Shown: in pieces, positions 24,501 through 37,733 of the stretch
Layout of the letters: each line of letters begins with the position of its first letter
Position numbering within the stretch: position 1 is the first letter of the stretch
Program-made: the position numbers and the translations under genes
NCBI RefSeq assembly: GCF_030028105.1
Contig: NC_092371.1
Span: 21,814,439 to 21,878,438 of the forward strand
Direction of reading: 5' to 3'
Length of the DNA stretch: 64,000 nucleotides
Origin: Mobula birostris
Lineage: Eukaryota
The notes under the pieces: model-generated
The model's input: the letters and a program-made list of their open reading frames with translations, nothing else
What the model was told of the DNA's origin: nothing
The model's database searches: none

Positions 24501-25561
24501 GAGACTTTGCAGTGGAGTAGCAAAATGTGGATTAAGAGACAGCAGATGTTGTAGTCTGGAGCAATGCACAAGATACTGGAGGAACTCAGCAGAGTAGGTA
24601 GCACTTGTAGAGGGAACCTCTACTGTGCATTTCCCTGTGCACATGCAGCTTGACCCATTGCATTCTTTCACTATCGCGGCTGCTAACGGAGCTCTGTTTT
24701 TTTTATATCTGTTCTCCAAAGGTAAAGCTATTATCAGGTTCCCTATCCAAAAATGGCCATGTACCTGATGCATATAGTGAAACTTAATGTTTACACTAAC
24801 AGAAATCACACGAGTGTGCATTAGACAAGATTTTCTCAAAAGAAAATGAAGTAATATGTGAAGATAACTATTCATACATTAGAAATCATCCAGTATATTG
24901 CATCCAGTAATATATGAATGAAATATCATTTTTACTTCAGTGTAATGAGTATACAAAATAGTCTTCCTTCAGAAGTAATTAAGAAAAATGTTGCATCTTT
25001 GAGAATGATGGATGAACGGTGAGGATTATTAACTCTTGATTTTAAATTTTACTGTTACCTGTAATTGATTAAACTTAATTTTGTTATTATTTAAGATAAG
25101 TTTACATAGACCACCATTCATTAATTCAGTCCCTGGTAATGGCTCCTAGCCTAATATGCCTATAAGTGATGGTTTAATTGATAGATTGCTTGCTACTGCT
25201 CGGTGTGGAAACTCAGATGGAAACGTGGACGCTTGCTCAGGGAAATGAGATTGACTAAGTGTGATAAATATGGATGAGCACTCATGGAAAGTCCCCCTGT
25301 TGCACCAGAACAGCTAAGCAATGCTTACTCTTATGCTTACAGTCAGAATCCCATGACAGTTCACTCTATTTCTTAGTTGAGAAGGATAATAAATCAGTCA
25401 TGACCGAATGGCAGAACAAATTCAATAGGCCGAATGGCCTAATTCTGCACATATGCCTTTGGATCTAAAAGAAGTACTTTTGAACGTTGTAGATATGCAG
25501 TAGCAATGTGTGCACAGCAAGATCTTACCAAACTAGCAAAGCAGAGTTTATATGCACAACT

Positions 25562-28135
25562 TGTCAGGTGAAGGCTCAACCAAAACACAGAGCAGTGGAG
25601 TCAATATTCAGTGAGTGATCACTTTAATAATAAACTGCAAAGTAACAAGCCACGAGGGGCCACAAAACTATGGAGAACAGGTACTTAACACAGCAAGACA
25701 ACAATGTAATTGAGACCTAGGAGCAACTGGTTAAGGCTGGTTGGTTCAATGCGTGATCGAGGATAATGATGAGAGCTGGGTTGAAATAGGCTTCAAGTGA
25801 AGAGTTGTAAACAAGTGTCAGGTGATTGCTGTTACCTGCATGGAGACTGTGCAGGCTTGACAGGCCCCTTCCCCACCCCACAGCTGGCACCTAACGGCCC
25901 AGGACAATCCGGACGGGTCCAGTGCAACTCCTCAATGATCCAAGACAAAGCTCGATGGCTCCGGGCTGTTACCTTGCCAGCTAATCAGGTAACTGCGTAA
26001 CTAATCCACGATGTTATGAATCCACCAACAGCCAAACCGTGTACACTGGATCACCTTCCTCCATCCAGTGTTCTGGCTGGATGAGTTGAGTGGTCCACAG
26101 GCGTCGGGCTTGAGTCAGGACGTGTGTGAAGCTGAGCGATGGTGGCAACTGGTGATAGTAAGCAACTGGACTGATGCAATGGGCAATCTTGAAGGAAGCA
26201 ATGAACCCGGGCAAGAGCTTGCAGGAGCAGGAGCGCAGGGGCATATCTCAGCTGGACGGCCAGACACAGTTCCCAAATTGCAGTAATCTAGCTGGGTGCT
26301 GCTGGTGGGTGGCCTGGCATGGATAGCAGTGAGGATTCCCTCCGTTCCCGCTTCCAAGCATTCCGGCTGTGATGATCCAAGGTGCTGGAGGACGGTTTCT
26401 CCACCGTTGGCTCCACTGTGGTGAACAATGGGGGTTGGTAGCCATGAAGTTCTTCAATCAATGGCACACCCACAGCAGGGAAGGTGTGTAGATTGTGGGA
26501 CAGCTTGGCCGAGAGCAGATAGCTCTTCCACATGGAAGGGTTAGATGTGGCGAAGCATCACAGAAACTCCTCCACTTGCTGATTGACTGAACATTGGTCT
26601 GCAGGTGATAGCCGGAAGACAAACTAACTGAGTTGGGGAGGAGGGAGCAGAACAATTTCCAGAAGCGAAGACGAATTGTGGACTCCAGTCTGATAAGGTC
26701 CTGACGGAAACTGCGGAGATGAAGTACCTGTTAGAGAATGAGATCTATTGTCTCAGTAGCTGACAGAAGTTTTGGGAGGGCAATAAAGTGTGCTGCTTTG
26801 GAGAATGGGTCCATCACTGTCATAATCACTATGGACCCATAAGAAGGAGGCAAACCGTGATGAGATCATGGTGATGTGGGACCATGGGTTTTGAGGGACC
26901 AGTCGGGAACCCAGAAGGCTACAGGTGAAGGAATTGGGCTGGTCACATTGAGGGCAGCAAGTGATAAATTGACATACATCTGCAGTCATGGTGCCCACCA
27001 GAACCAGAGCAGCAGAAGATCCTGGGTCCATTATGGTCAGAGAAGGGTGAGGAGGAAGTCCACTGGAGTGCATGAAAGTACACAGCCGCTAGCACGTACA
27101 TACGATTGTCAGGTGTGTCAGACAGAGAAGGCTTGTGCTGTAGGGCCTGGCGGATCTGGTTTTCAAGATCCCAGGCAATCGGGGCAAGGATCTGGGAGGA
27201 TGGAATGAGGGGTTGAGGCTCAGTCTCTGCTTTGGCTGGGGCAAACTGTTGTGACAGGGCATCCACCTTCGTGTTCTTGGAGCTGGGTCAGGAAGAGATG
27301 GTGAAGTTCAATTGCTCGAAGATGAGGGCTCAGTGAAACTGAGGTGGGCTGAGTTGATGGATCTGCTAATTGGATATGAGGTTTTGGTGGACAGGCAAGA
27401 TCAAGAAGGGCTCTGTGTTCCCCATCAGCAAATATCTCCATTCCTCCAAGGCCCATTTAAGAGCGAGTAGCTCTGTCTTCTACTCCATAACAGCACTGTG
27501 TAGAGTTCAATTTGCGTGAGATGAAGGCACAAGGGTGTGTCTTCCCATTCAGTCCTTGCTGCAAAAGCATGGCCCATTGCACACTTCAAACGCGTCCACC
27601 TCGATCACAAAAGGCCCAGAGGGGTTCAGAGGGTGGAGGATGAGAATAATGATGAAGCTTCTCTTGAGCTCTTCATGAGGTAGGTGATTTTGTGAGGCAG
27701 GTGAGAGGAACAGCCATTTGGCTATACTTCCTGCTGAACTGGCGGTAGAATTTGGAGAAGCCCAAGAAGCGGTGTAGTTGTTTAAGGGAGAGCAGCCAGG
27801 ACCATTCAGCACACACTTTCTCTGGGTCCATGGTTAACCTTTGGGGTGAAAGGACGTAACCCAGTAAGGAAATAACTGGGGTGTGGAACTGTCATTTCTC
27901 TAACTTGTAATATAGTTAGTTTTCGAGGAGACGTTGAAGGACTGAACAGATGTGACAGATGTGGTCTTGGCGGTCCTTGGAGAAGATAAGGATGTCTTCT
28001 GCAAGGTGGATGAGCACATACCTGTGTAACATGTCACCGAGGATCTCATTGATGAAGGCTTGGAAAATGCCTGGACAGTTGGGAAGTCTGAAAGGCGTCA
28101 CCAAGCATTCGTACTGCTCAGTGGATGTTATGAAT
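25562..28135 (-). mobile_element. Gypsy chromovirus (Sushi-like) 3' half: RT, RNase H, integrase, chromodomain and 3' LTR
   Basis: RT PFRLPNCPGIFQAFINEIL..EDILIFS, RNase H PFVIEVDAFE, DALS, integrase PWSHIT and chromodomain-like PVYTVWLLVDS. PPT tggggtggggaaggggcc next to LTR 25562-25862 (TGTCA...TGACA). Confidence 0.85.
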
Positions 28136-29199
28136 TTCTAAAGTACAAAGCACAATGCATGAAGGATTTCCAAAACACAGGTATAATTCCTATAAACCAA
28201 AAACACATACCAACAATGTAGACAAATGAATATCCATCACAAAAATCAAAGCACAAGGAATAGATTCTACTTCACCCCATCTTTACTCCATAATTCTTGA
28301 TGTTCGGTACCACATTCCCAATAAGCCTGAACTGCTCTCTACATTTATACTCATTTTCCTCCACTTGTGTGAATTCAGATACCTTTTTTACACAAACAGT
28401 CTAAAATCATCCTGGAAACACAGTTCCACTATTAATGCTGTGAAGCTAACTTCCTTCAGTATATAAAATTTCCAACATCAATAGACCATTTATTGATATA
28501 CTAAATGTTATTATCCATCTGTTCTGCAAACTTCCTTGAAATAAGCAACTTATACAGCTTTTCTGTTTCAAATAAGCCAAATTGGATAACCTATTGTCTT
28601 TTATTATGCCTCGAAGCAGTAATAAAGCAGGTGTTATGAATTACTTCTTACTTCTCGCAGACAGAATGCCTGTGCTACAAACATAGCTTGCTTCCAAAGC
28701 TGCTGTATAGAGAGTGCTTGTTTTAACTTCAAACTGATTACTGCTTGCCATTTATATTTTAAGAGCTGAAGACTGACACTCAATATGACCAGAAACTAAA
28801 AGAATATTAGTTGGAAGTTTACTTACAATGGTTTGTGATCTTACAAGTGGCAGTTGCTGTGTTTAGAAAGCGAGCTTTGCAAAAAAATGAAGTGAATATC
28901 CATCATATGACAACTTGCACATTATGGTGTGTAAGTGTCTCCAGCTGTACAACTGAACAGCTGAGAATTCACTACTCTCAGAAATAACCAGGAACATTAA
29001 ATTATAGTATTATTTCAGATAGCAACCTTTGATGCTTTAAAATGAAGAGATGATACAACGATAATGGTGGTACAGGATGGAAGAGAGTGGTGAGACATCC
29101 CTAGGTGACAGTGAAGTTAGCTAACTTCACTGTCATAGGCACAAGCACACACATGCACAGGTGCACTGTTCATGTATGTTCAACAACGAAGAGGTGCTT

Positions 29200-30630
29200 A
29201 TGGGAGGCTGAGGAGCATTTCTACAAGATTGCTTCCATTGGGTAGACTGGGCAGTGTTCAAGGACTCATTAGAGGATCTGAACGCAATCACCATAGTTGT
29301 CATGGACTATATAAATCAATTGTAGAGGAATGTGTCCCCAAAAATGTCATTCAGAGTCATCCCTAACTAGAAGTGATGGATGAACCACGAGATCCACCAT
29401 CTGCTAAGCGCCAAATCAGTGGCATTCAGGTCTGGTGAACTATCTCATGTGCGAAGTGACAATTCCAGGCCAAGCTTGAATCACTGACCATAAGTCAGAG
29501 AAAATCTGTAGATACTGTAAACCGAAGCAACACACACAAATGCTGGAGAAATCAGCAGGCCAGGCAGCATCAATGGAAAAGAGTATACAGTCAATATTTC
29601 GGGCCTGGACTCTTCATCATTAGTTCTTCCTGCCTAGCCTGCCGAGTTCCTCCAGTATTTTGTGTACGATGCTTGACGGATGCTCAAGGACTATGACAGG
29701 CCCTACAAAGTGAAATCAAGTGACACAGATGAAAACAATGCTTCACTCCCAGATGAGCTCAATGCCATTCGTGTTCGCTTTGACTATCAAAACATGGAGG
29801 TACTTTCACCAGTACCCACAGCCCTCGACGACACCGTGATTTCAGTATTTGAGGTTGACATGAGAGCATCCTTCAGGAGGATAAGGCCACAGAAAGCATT
29901 CAGCCCTCATGGCATACCTGGTCAAATGTGTTGAGAGGTTGGTGATGAAACGTATAAACTCCTACCTGAGAATCAACTTGAATCCACTCCAATTTGCCTT
30001 CCGTCTCAACAGCCCAATAGCAGATAGCATTTCATTGGCTCTTGACTCAATCCTGGAACATCTGAACAGTGAAGATGCATACATCAGGATGCTTTTTATT
30101 GACAACAGCTCAGCATTCAATACTATAATCCCTTCAAAATGAATCAATAAAATACAATTTAACTATGTGTTCAATGACATCTTTACATTTGCCAGTGACA
30201 CCTGTCGTTGGCCAAATTAAAGGTGGTGAAGAATCAGCAAATAAGAAGGAGATTGAAAACCTTGCTGAATGGTACCACATCAACCTCTCACTCAATGTCA
30301 GCAAGACCATCGAGATGATTATTGACTTCACAAGGAGGTAACCAAAGATACAAGAACCAGTCCTCATTGAGGGATCAGAGCTGGAGAAGGTCAGCAATTT
30401 TAAATTTCTCGGTATTATCATTTCAGAAAATCTGTTCTGGGTCCAACACAAAAGAACAGGAGCTTCTCTTCGTTCTTAGAATTTTTCAAAGATTTGGCAT
30501 GTCATCTAAAACTTTGACAAACTTCTATAGATAACTTCTATAGATATGTGGTGCAGAGTATATTGACTGATTGCATCCCTGGCCTGGTATGGGTATAGAA
30601 AAGCCTACAAACATTAATGAATACAATGGA
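29200..30630 (+). mobile_element. Degenerate Rex1/Babar-like LINE with a Penelope-like remnant at ~29495-29670
   Basis: SLPDELNAIRVRFD, LNPLQFAFR..S.ADSI and YIRMLFIDNSSAFNTIIP. Degenerate minus-strand hammerhead at 29589-29620. Confidence 0.8.
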
Positions 30631-30979
30631 ATGACAAGCTGGATTCATCTGCAGATAGCTGAGAACTGCTTGTTCTTGCCATTAACACCCGTGCACCATC
30701 AATTTAGAGGACATGAAGCTCCAAGGCTTGGACTACATATAACCATATAACCGTATAACAGTTACAGCACCGAAACAGGCCATCTCGGCCCTTCTAGTCC
30801 GTATATGTGTGTGTGTGTATCTGTATGTTTTAATGGTCTTTTATTTGTGCTATAGATGCCTTGTACTATATACTGTGTTTTGTGCCTTGGGCCCAGAGGA
30901 ATGCTGTTTCATTTAGCTGTATTCATGAGTATTTATGTATGGTTGAATGATAATTAAACTTGAACTTAAACTTAAATCC

Positions 30980-32260
30980 TTCTCCAAAGACAGGGTTTCC
31001 CTTCTTCCACCATTGACTCTGCCCTCAGCCACATCTCCTCCATTCCATGGACATCCACGATCATGATCCTGCTGCCTTAACAGGGATAGAGGTCCTCTTG
31101 TTACCACCTACCATCCCATGAGCCTCTGCATCCTGTGCATTATTCTCCACAAATTCTTTCATATTCAATGGGACCCTAACACCAAACCCAACTTTACCTT
31201 CTACCCCTCCTCCACTTGCTGCAGGGATCACTCCTTCTGTGATTCCCTTGTACACCTGTCCCTCTCAGATAATCTCCCTCTTGCACTTATCCCTGCAAAT
31301 AGCAGAAGTGCTACACCTGCCCATTTGCCTCCTCCCTCACCTCCATTTTGGGCCTCAAACAGCCGTTCCAGATGAGGCAACACTTTACCTGTGAATCTGT
31401 TGGGATCATCTATTGTATCCAGTACACCTGATGCAGCCTCTTTTACATTGGTGAGATCCAATGTAGATTGTGGGATCACATTGTTGAGCAACACTGCTCC
31501 ATCTGCAAAAGTGGAATTTCCTGGTTGTCACTTCAATTTCTATCTCCATTCCTATTCTGACATGACGGTCCATTGTCTTCTCCTCTGCCAAAATAAGGCC
31601 ACTCTTAGACTGGAGGAGCAACACCTCATATTCCATATAGATAGCTACCAATGTGACAGTAGCTCCAACTTCCAGTACCTTTTTTATGCCTTCCCCTTCC
31701 CTCTTCTTCATTTTCTCACTCTGGCCTCTGCCCTCTACTCATCACCTGCCTATGAACTCCCCTGGTGTCCTTCCACCATCCTTTTTTTTCATGGTCCACT
31801 CTCCTGTCCTATCAGATTCCTTCTTCCCCAGCCCTTTGCCATTCCACCTAACACCTCCCAGCTTCTTACTTCATTACCCCTCCCTCAATTGCTTGGCTTC
31901 ACCCATCACTTTGTAGCTTGGGCTTCACCCATCACCTCATCTTCTTATTCAGGCATCTTTTCCCTTCCTTTCCATTCCTGATGAAGGGTCTCAGCCCGAA
32001 ACATCGACTGTTTATTCATTTTCATAGATGCTGCTTGACCTACTGAATTCCTCCTCCATTTTGTATGTGTCATGAAATTTGTTGTTTTGTGGCAGCAGTA
32101 CATTCCAAAACATATGAAGTTATTGTAGTCTTGATGAAGGGTGTCAGCCTGAAATATCAACTGTTTATTCGTCATAGATGCTGCCTGATATGCTGACTTC
32201 CTCCAAAATTTTGTATGTGTTGCTCAAGATTTCCAGATCTGCAGAATTTCTTGTATTTAT
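30980..32260 (+). mobile_element. Older Penelope-like element 3' part with two tandem hammerhead-bearing termini
   Basis: DRGPLVTTYHP and LRLEEQHLIFHI are homologous to 6740-7360. Hammerhead-like motifs at 31974-32009 and 32127-32162. Confidence 0.8.
31974..32009 (+). ncRNA. Minimal hammerhead ribozyme motif
   Basis: attc CTGATGA a gggt ctca gccc GAAACATC gact. Confidence 0.65.
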
Positions 32261-32729
32261 AAATAAACTATGATAAGTTACAATAAAAACTAAGCAAGTA
32301 AATAATGGAAAAGAGGAATAGTGATGTTCATCGGTTCAGGATCCATAAGCAGAATAGACCCACAAGAAGGAAGACAGTAGGTTTGGCTGTCTTCAATGTT
32401 TATTCACGAAGTAATATATTAAAAATGGGCTAAGAAACTTCTTCTTGATTGCCACTCCGATTCCCACTGAATATTGAACACTAACCTGTTCCTCCATCTT
32501 TCTAACAGCTCCCTGGACATTCTCCCACTCACCTACAAAAAAGGGGCAATTGATAGAAGTTAATTAGCTCAGAAATTTGTCTGTCTTTCGGATGTGTGAG
32601 GAAACTTACACCATTGCAAGAGTACATGCAAGTTCTACAGAGACAGCACAGAAGAGCAGGCTGGAACCCTGATCACTGGAACTGAGAAAGAGCAGATCTA
32701 CAAACTGTGCTAATGCTAGGACAATGTCT

Positions 32730-33700
32730 GAACATGTACTAAAAGCTTAGCCAGGAAGAGCCATGTGGCTGATGTGCCTCCTTGGATCTGCACTGTCACA
32801 TGATATAGAAGATCATCTTCAGTCAATTTAATTCATCCTGCATGATATTTACAGATGGCTGAAAGCACTGGATACAGCAAAAGCAATGGATTGGACAAAT
32901 GAAGTACAGTAGACCTATGGTCCAGAACTAGCCAAGCTGTTCTGGTATAGTTACATTAAGGAAAATTGTCAAGGTACAAAAAAGCAGCATCTATCCAGTA
33001 TTGCTAACACCGATCAAATATCCTTCTCAGAGTCATTAGACATTGATACAAGATGCTGCCTACATTGCTATCGAGCCACATTGTAGTCTCCAGTGACCTG
33101 CTGACTGATGCCCAGTTTTCACCAGGACTATTTAATTCAATGCATCATCACAACCTTGGCTCAAATATCGACCAAAGTGTTGAATTCCAGAGTGAATCCA
33201 TATTTGCATGTAGCAAGACATAAAGTACAAAGAGAAATATAACACTCATGCCTCAAATATGCTGGTCTCTGTCCATCTCCAACAAGATGGTGTCTAACTA
33301 CCTACCCTTGATATTCAATAGCGTTTTTATTACTGAATGTCGTACTAATGACACCTTAGAGGTCAGCATTGAACAGAAAATCATTTGGACAACCACATAA
33401 TACCATAACTGCATCAGAGGTCAGAGGGTGAGTATCCTCAGTTAGTAGTTTAACTACTGATACCCATGACTTTTCTACCACTTTAAGGCATGACAAGAGT
33501 ATGAATGTTTAGAGCCAGCTGTGCTTGCCTGGATGAATGCAGCACCAAACCACACGTAAGTATCTCATCCAGCCACTTGATTGGTGCCCTATCTGCTAGT
33601 CTAAACATTCAGTCTGTCCAGCAGTTGTGCACTTTATCTGCAGTTTCTGCAATCAGAAAATACACTGCAGATACACACTGAGCCTCCATTGCCAAAGTGT
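32730..33700 (+). mobile_element. Highly decayed CR1/L2-group LINE remnant
   Basis: Shares blocks with 15850-16190, 19086-19230 and 19640-20090 (cccttgatattcaat, gcctggatgaatgcagc). No long ORF. Confidence 0.45.
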
Positions 33701-34589
33701 TAAGGATTGAGTCGTGGGTTAATCAAGAATTATGTGGAGACCAAACACTGAAGTAAATGAGAACCAGCCTTCAAAAAAAGCTGTTCATTTGTTGCTCTGT
33801 TTGTTCTTAATAAAGACAAACTTGGCATGGGTAAACGCTAGAACATTGTATTACCCGACACTGTTCAGCACTAAGTGTGTGCAACTCAGTCACCATTGAA
33901 GTTTCCAGTTCTGGGTGAACTGTTCACATTGCCAACTGGAAATAGAAGTTCTTTGTTATGCACACAAATAATAATACATCTTCCCTCTTTAAAGAAAAAC
34001 AAACCCCATACTATGTCCTCATGAAGCTTCAAAGAACAATAATCCTTTCCAACAAAGATATTTATATTAACCTCAATTGTAATAAGCAAATATAGCCCCT
34101 AGTCCACTCATCAACTTTCAGCCAGTCTCTGAAATGACTTAGTGATGCTTTTTGTACTGGTATTTGTTTCCACAGGTGAATTGTTTGTATTTGGTTCTTA
34201 ATATTTGTGACTTTCTGAGAACTCTGATTAACATGCTCATTTTTTCCATCTGCTGGCACCTTTGGTGTCACAGCTATGGGTTGGAGCTTGTGGTCCTAGA
34301 TCCACACAGTTCTTTCTCAGATGTGTCCTTGTTCCGTCTGGATCTGGTAAGAATATGGAGCTACTTCCTCTTGCTCATACCCTTGCGTAATGTATGTGTC
34401 AGAATCGTGATCCCAAATTTGCAATTGATCTCTAAGCTTCAGGACTGATAGGCCTTTTGCAGACTTGTCGTGATTCTGTATCTGTTTTCCTTTCCTTTTC
34501 ACTTTAGCCAATTTGACCATGTGTGCTCCTTTAGCTATCAACGGGTTTTTGTATATTGGATGATATCAATAAACATAGTACTTCCTTCA

Positions 34590-36430
34590 AAGTGCATCTA
34601 CTAAATGTTTAACAATACTAAGAAAGCTTAAGGCTTACAGATACTGTTGTTTCAGGGGTAAATAAAAGTGGATGGAGATGGATGTCTTTTCACTATGTTT
34701 GCTCCATGTTGAAATTCAAATTGACCCACGCAGGAAATTATGTAAAACAAAACAGCTTATGTACACGAAGTGATGTTTGCACAAGATGAACAGCACCTCT
34801 ATAGGCAGGACACTCCCCATGATGTCAAACTTTAACTACTGAAACTAAAAGTCAAATGATTATTTCATTAATTCTTTGGCAAAAGAATGGACAGTCTCAG
34901 AGATTGGTCTTGAAACCAGTCTTACTGCGCAGTCTTTAACCATTATCACCTCAAAAATGGCATCCTTGATGACATACTTGCCCCTGGTAATGTCTGATGA
35001 GCAGACCAGTGACACAGTGTTCACCCGGAATGATGACTCTGAAGTGAGTTGTGCTCTTTTAATACATCCTCCAACTCGCTGTAGCTCTTCAGAGTCAAGA
35101 AAGAGATAGAGTTCACTAAGGTAACTTTGGATTTAGAGAGAGTCCTGCTTTGTAATGCACTGCACATCCCCTGCATATACTGTACCTGTCTTTGAACAAC
35201 AAGAAGGATTCTAACCTTTTCCCAATTCATTTGCTCTGCACTGAGAGATCGTTTGCAAATATGTCATCCGCTGAAAAAGCTGTCTTTGACAACTCCAACA
35301 AATTTCTTTTTCATATAGATGCTACTCTCACGGGGTCTGAAATGACTTGGGTGCCCATTCTCCAGGACATTAGCCTTAAATGCATTGTCACTGGGCTGAT
35401 AAGCGGCATCAAGACAGACTTCACCCACTATGACCCAACCCAGGTACAGTCGTTGGACATAAGGTGCATCGTGCTGACCATTGCACTGTTCATGCACCTC
35501 ATGGATATGGATGGTATCTCTGCCAAGCAACAAGAGAATTTCAGCCAGAGAGTTCTTTGGATGGATTTTGTCAGCTATGTCCTTAAGATGTAAAGGACCA
35601 TGTGCAGTTTCAGGAGTTGGAATTTCATTGCTGTGGTTGCGAATATAGAATCTACCAGTGCTACTTTCAGTAACTTCAGATGTTCCAGGGCATGTCTTTG
35701 GAAGGTGCTCGGAAGCAGCTACATCTGATTGAGTCTAATCTGACTGGCTGCTGTGCTCTGCTGTGGGTGTGCTAGAACCGGTAGTAGCCCAAGATGCTGG
35801 CCTGAGTTTACAGCTGTATCTAGGTATAACTCTTCTGCAGTATCAATAGGTTCTTGGCTCAGTTTCCTGGAGTCCAATAATGTTTGCTGCATTGTGTGTT
35901 CATCCTTGTTCAGCAATATATTGTTACTGCTTCCCCAGTTCACCTTTCTACCCTCCCCAGATTCACTACCAGATGACTGTCATGTCCACATTTGAAATAA
36001 CTCTGTCTTGGGGCTTCTCTGGCCAGAGTCAGCATCTCACTCAAACTGTTGTCCGGTGGTGGTTTAGCACCAGGGCCAGGTGCAAGGAGTGAGGGATGTA
36101 TAGTTGGTTCTGCAGTAGCTTCTATTTAAAGGTGAGCCACTGATACACTTGTTGGACTGGTTATTTCTTCTCTGCTCTGATTAAGTAGTGAACACCCATA
36201 TGTTTCCAAGTAGGGTGTCCTTGGGCACTTAACAATTTCTACCTTAAATGAGGGTTCATCTGGTTTTGAATCTGAAGCTGAAGATGCAAGTTCAGGAGGA
36301 GGACTGGGTAAACATTTGGTGTGAAGCATGAGAGGAAGCTGGTTCCTCTGTTGGTCTGCTGCTTAGATTTCATCCTCTGTAATGAGGGGACTTGCACCAA
36401 TGGTTGGTTCTTCAGAGAGACGGCCGCCAC
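34590..36430 (-). mobile_element. BEL/Pao LTR retrotransposon remnant
   Basis: LLGRD..IHEVHEQCNG..APYVQRLYLGWVIVGEVCL..NGHPSHF. A PPT-LTR junction ggggag|tgtcctgcc on the minus strand near 34812 resembles 51425-51440. Confidence 0.7.
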
Positions 36431-37641
36431 TGTCTCTGTCAGAGAGGACACAAAGATGTTGATCAAGGCTCCAGAAATTTCTTCTCTTGTCTCTTTCAAT
36501 AACTTGGGTTATATCTCATCAGACCCCAGGGGACTTACTCACCTTAATGCTCTTTAAGAGACCCAACACTACCTCCTCCTTCACCCCGAAATGCTCTAGC
36601 CTATCAATACGCTCAGCACTGATCTCCCTATCCTCCACATTCTCCTCATTCTTGTCCTTGGTAAATACTGAGGTAAAGTACTCATTGAGTGTTCTTATCC
36701 TCTCCCTACTCATCCTCTTGCCTTGGGATTCACCGAAGATTTTTCATGGCATCTCCTGATTTTCCTAATTCCCTTCTTGAGTTCTTTTTTGGATTCTTTA
36801 TAATCCCCAAGGTCTCGGTTTGATTCTGGCTTGCTGAGTTTTACATATTTTTCCTTTTTCTTTCTTGACTAAATTCATCACCTCACTTGACATCCAAGAT
36901 TCTCTTGTCTTGCGATCCTTGTCCTTCTTTCTGACCGGAATATACTTCTCCTGTACTCTGTGCAGTTGGTCTTTAAATGTCTTCCACCTGTCAGATGTGG
37001 ACTTGGACAAAATACAGCAGTTTCCAATTAACTCTCGTTAGTTCCTTCCTAACGCTCTAGTAATTTGCCTGCTCCAACTTAACACTTTCCTGCAAGGCCC
37101 ACTTAACACTTTCCTGCAAGGCCCATGCTTATCCTTATCTCTCACTATCTTAAAGCTTAAGGAGTTGTGGTCACTGTTCCCTATTTGTTCACGCAGTGAA
37201 AGGTCAGTCAGCTGGCCAAGCTCATTACACAACACCAAGTTCCCTTCCTCTTGTTGACTATTTAAATATTCACCTAAGAAACCCTCCAGGAGGCACCTAA
37301 AAAGTTCTGCCCCATCTAACCTCTTGAACTCAGAAGATGCTGAAAATCCCTATCTATATTAGGGAGGTTGAAGTCACCACGGCAATAACCCTGTTGTTTT
37401 TACACCTTTCCTTAATCTGTCTACATATCTGTTCCTCAATGTCCCAGTCGTTACTGGGGTGGAGGGGGGATGTCTGTAGTACAATCCCCTCAGAGTGGTT
37501 GCATCTTTCCTATTTCTAATTTCTGTACCTTCTTTATATTTTCTAAAACATTGAAACCCTAGCATATTAAGCACCCAAGCAACACACCTCAAATTTGCTG
37601 GTGAACGCAGCAGGCCAGGCAGCATCTCTAGGAAGAGGTAC

Positions 37642-37677
37642 AGTCGACATTTCGGGCCGAGACCCTTCGTCAGGACT
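37642..37677 (-). ncRNA. Minimal hammerhead ribozyme motif
   Basis: Reverse complement: agtc CTGACGA a gggt ctcg gccc GAAATGTC gact. Confidence 0.75.
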
Positions 37678-37697
37678 AACTCCTGCTTCCATCAGTT

Positions 37698-37733
37698 CGT
37701 CCTGATGAAGGGTCTCGGCCCGAAACATCGACT
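37698..37733 (+). ncRNA. Minimal hammerhead ribozyme motif
   Basis: cgtc CTGATGA a gggt ctcg gccc GAAACATC gact. Confidence 0.72.

Noticed and set aside
24213-24875. 220-aa minus-strand ORF
   Set aside because: No recognisable domain, it crosses a decayed repeat remnant (~24540-24670), and there is no splice or start support. Likely chance.
31415-31440. In-frame TGA near the GIY-YIG cysteines, suggesting a selenocysteine-type Penelope element
   Set aside because: The TGA aligns to the non-Cys position (Q/R in other copies) and fits CGA-to-TGA decay in a degenerate copy. The other copies have normal Cys codons.
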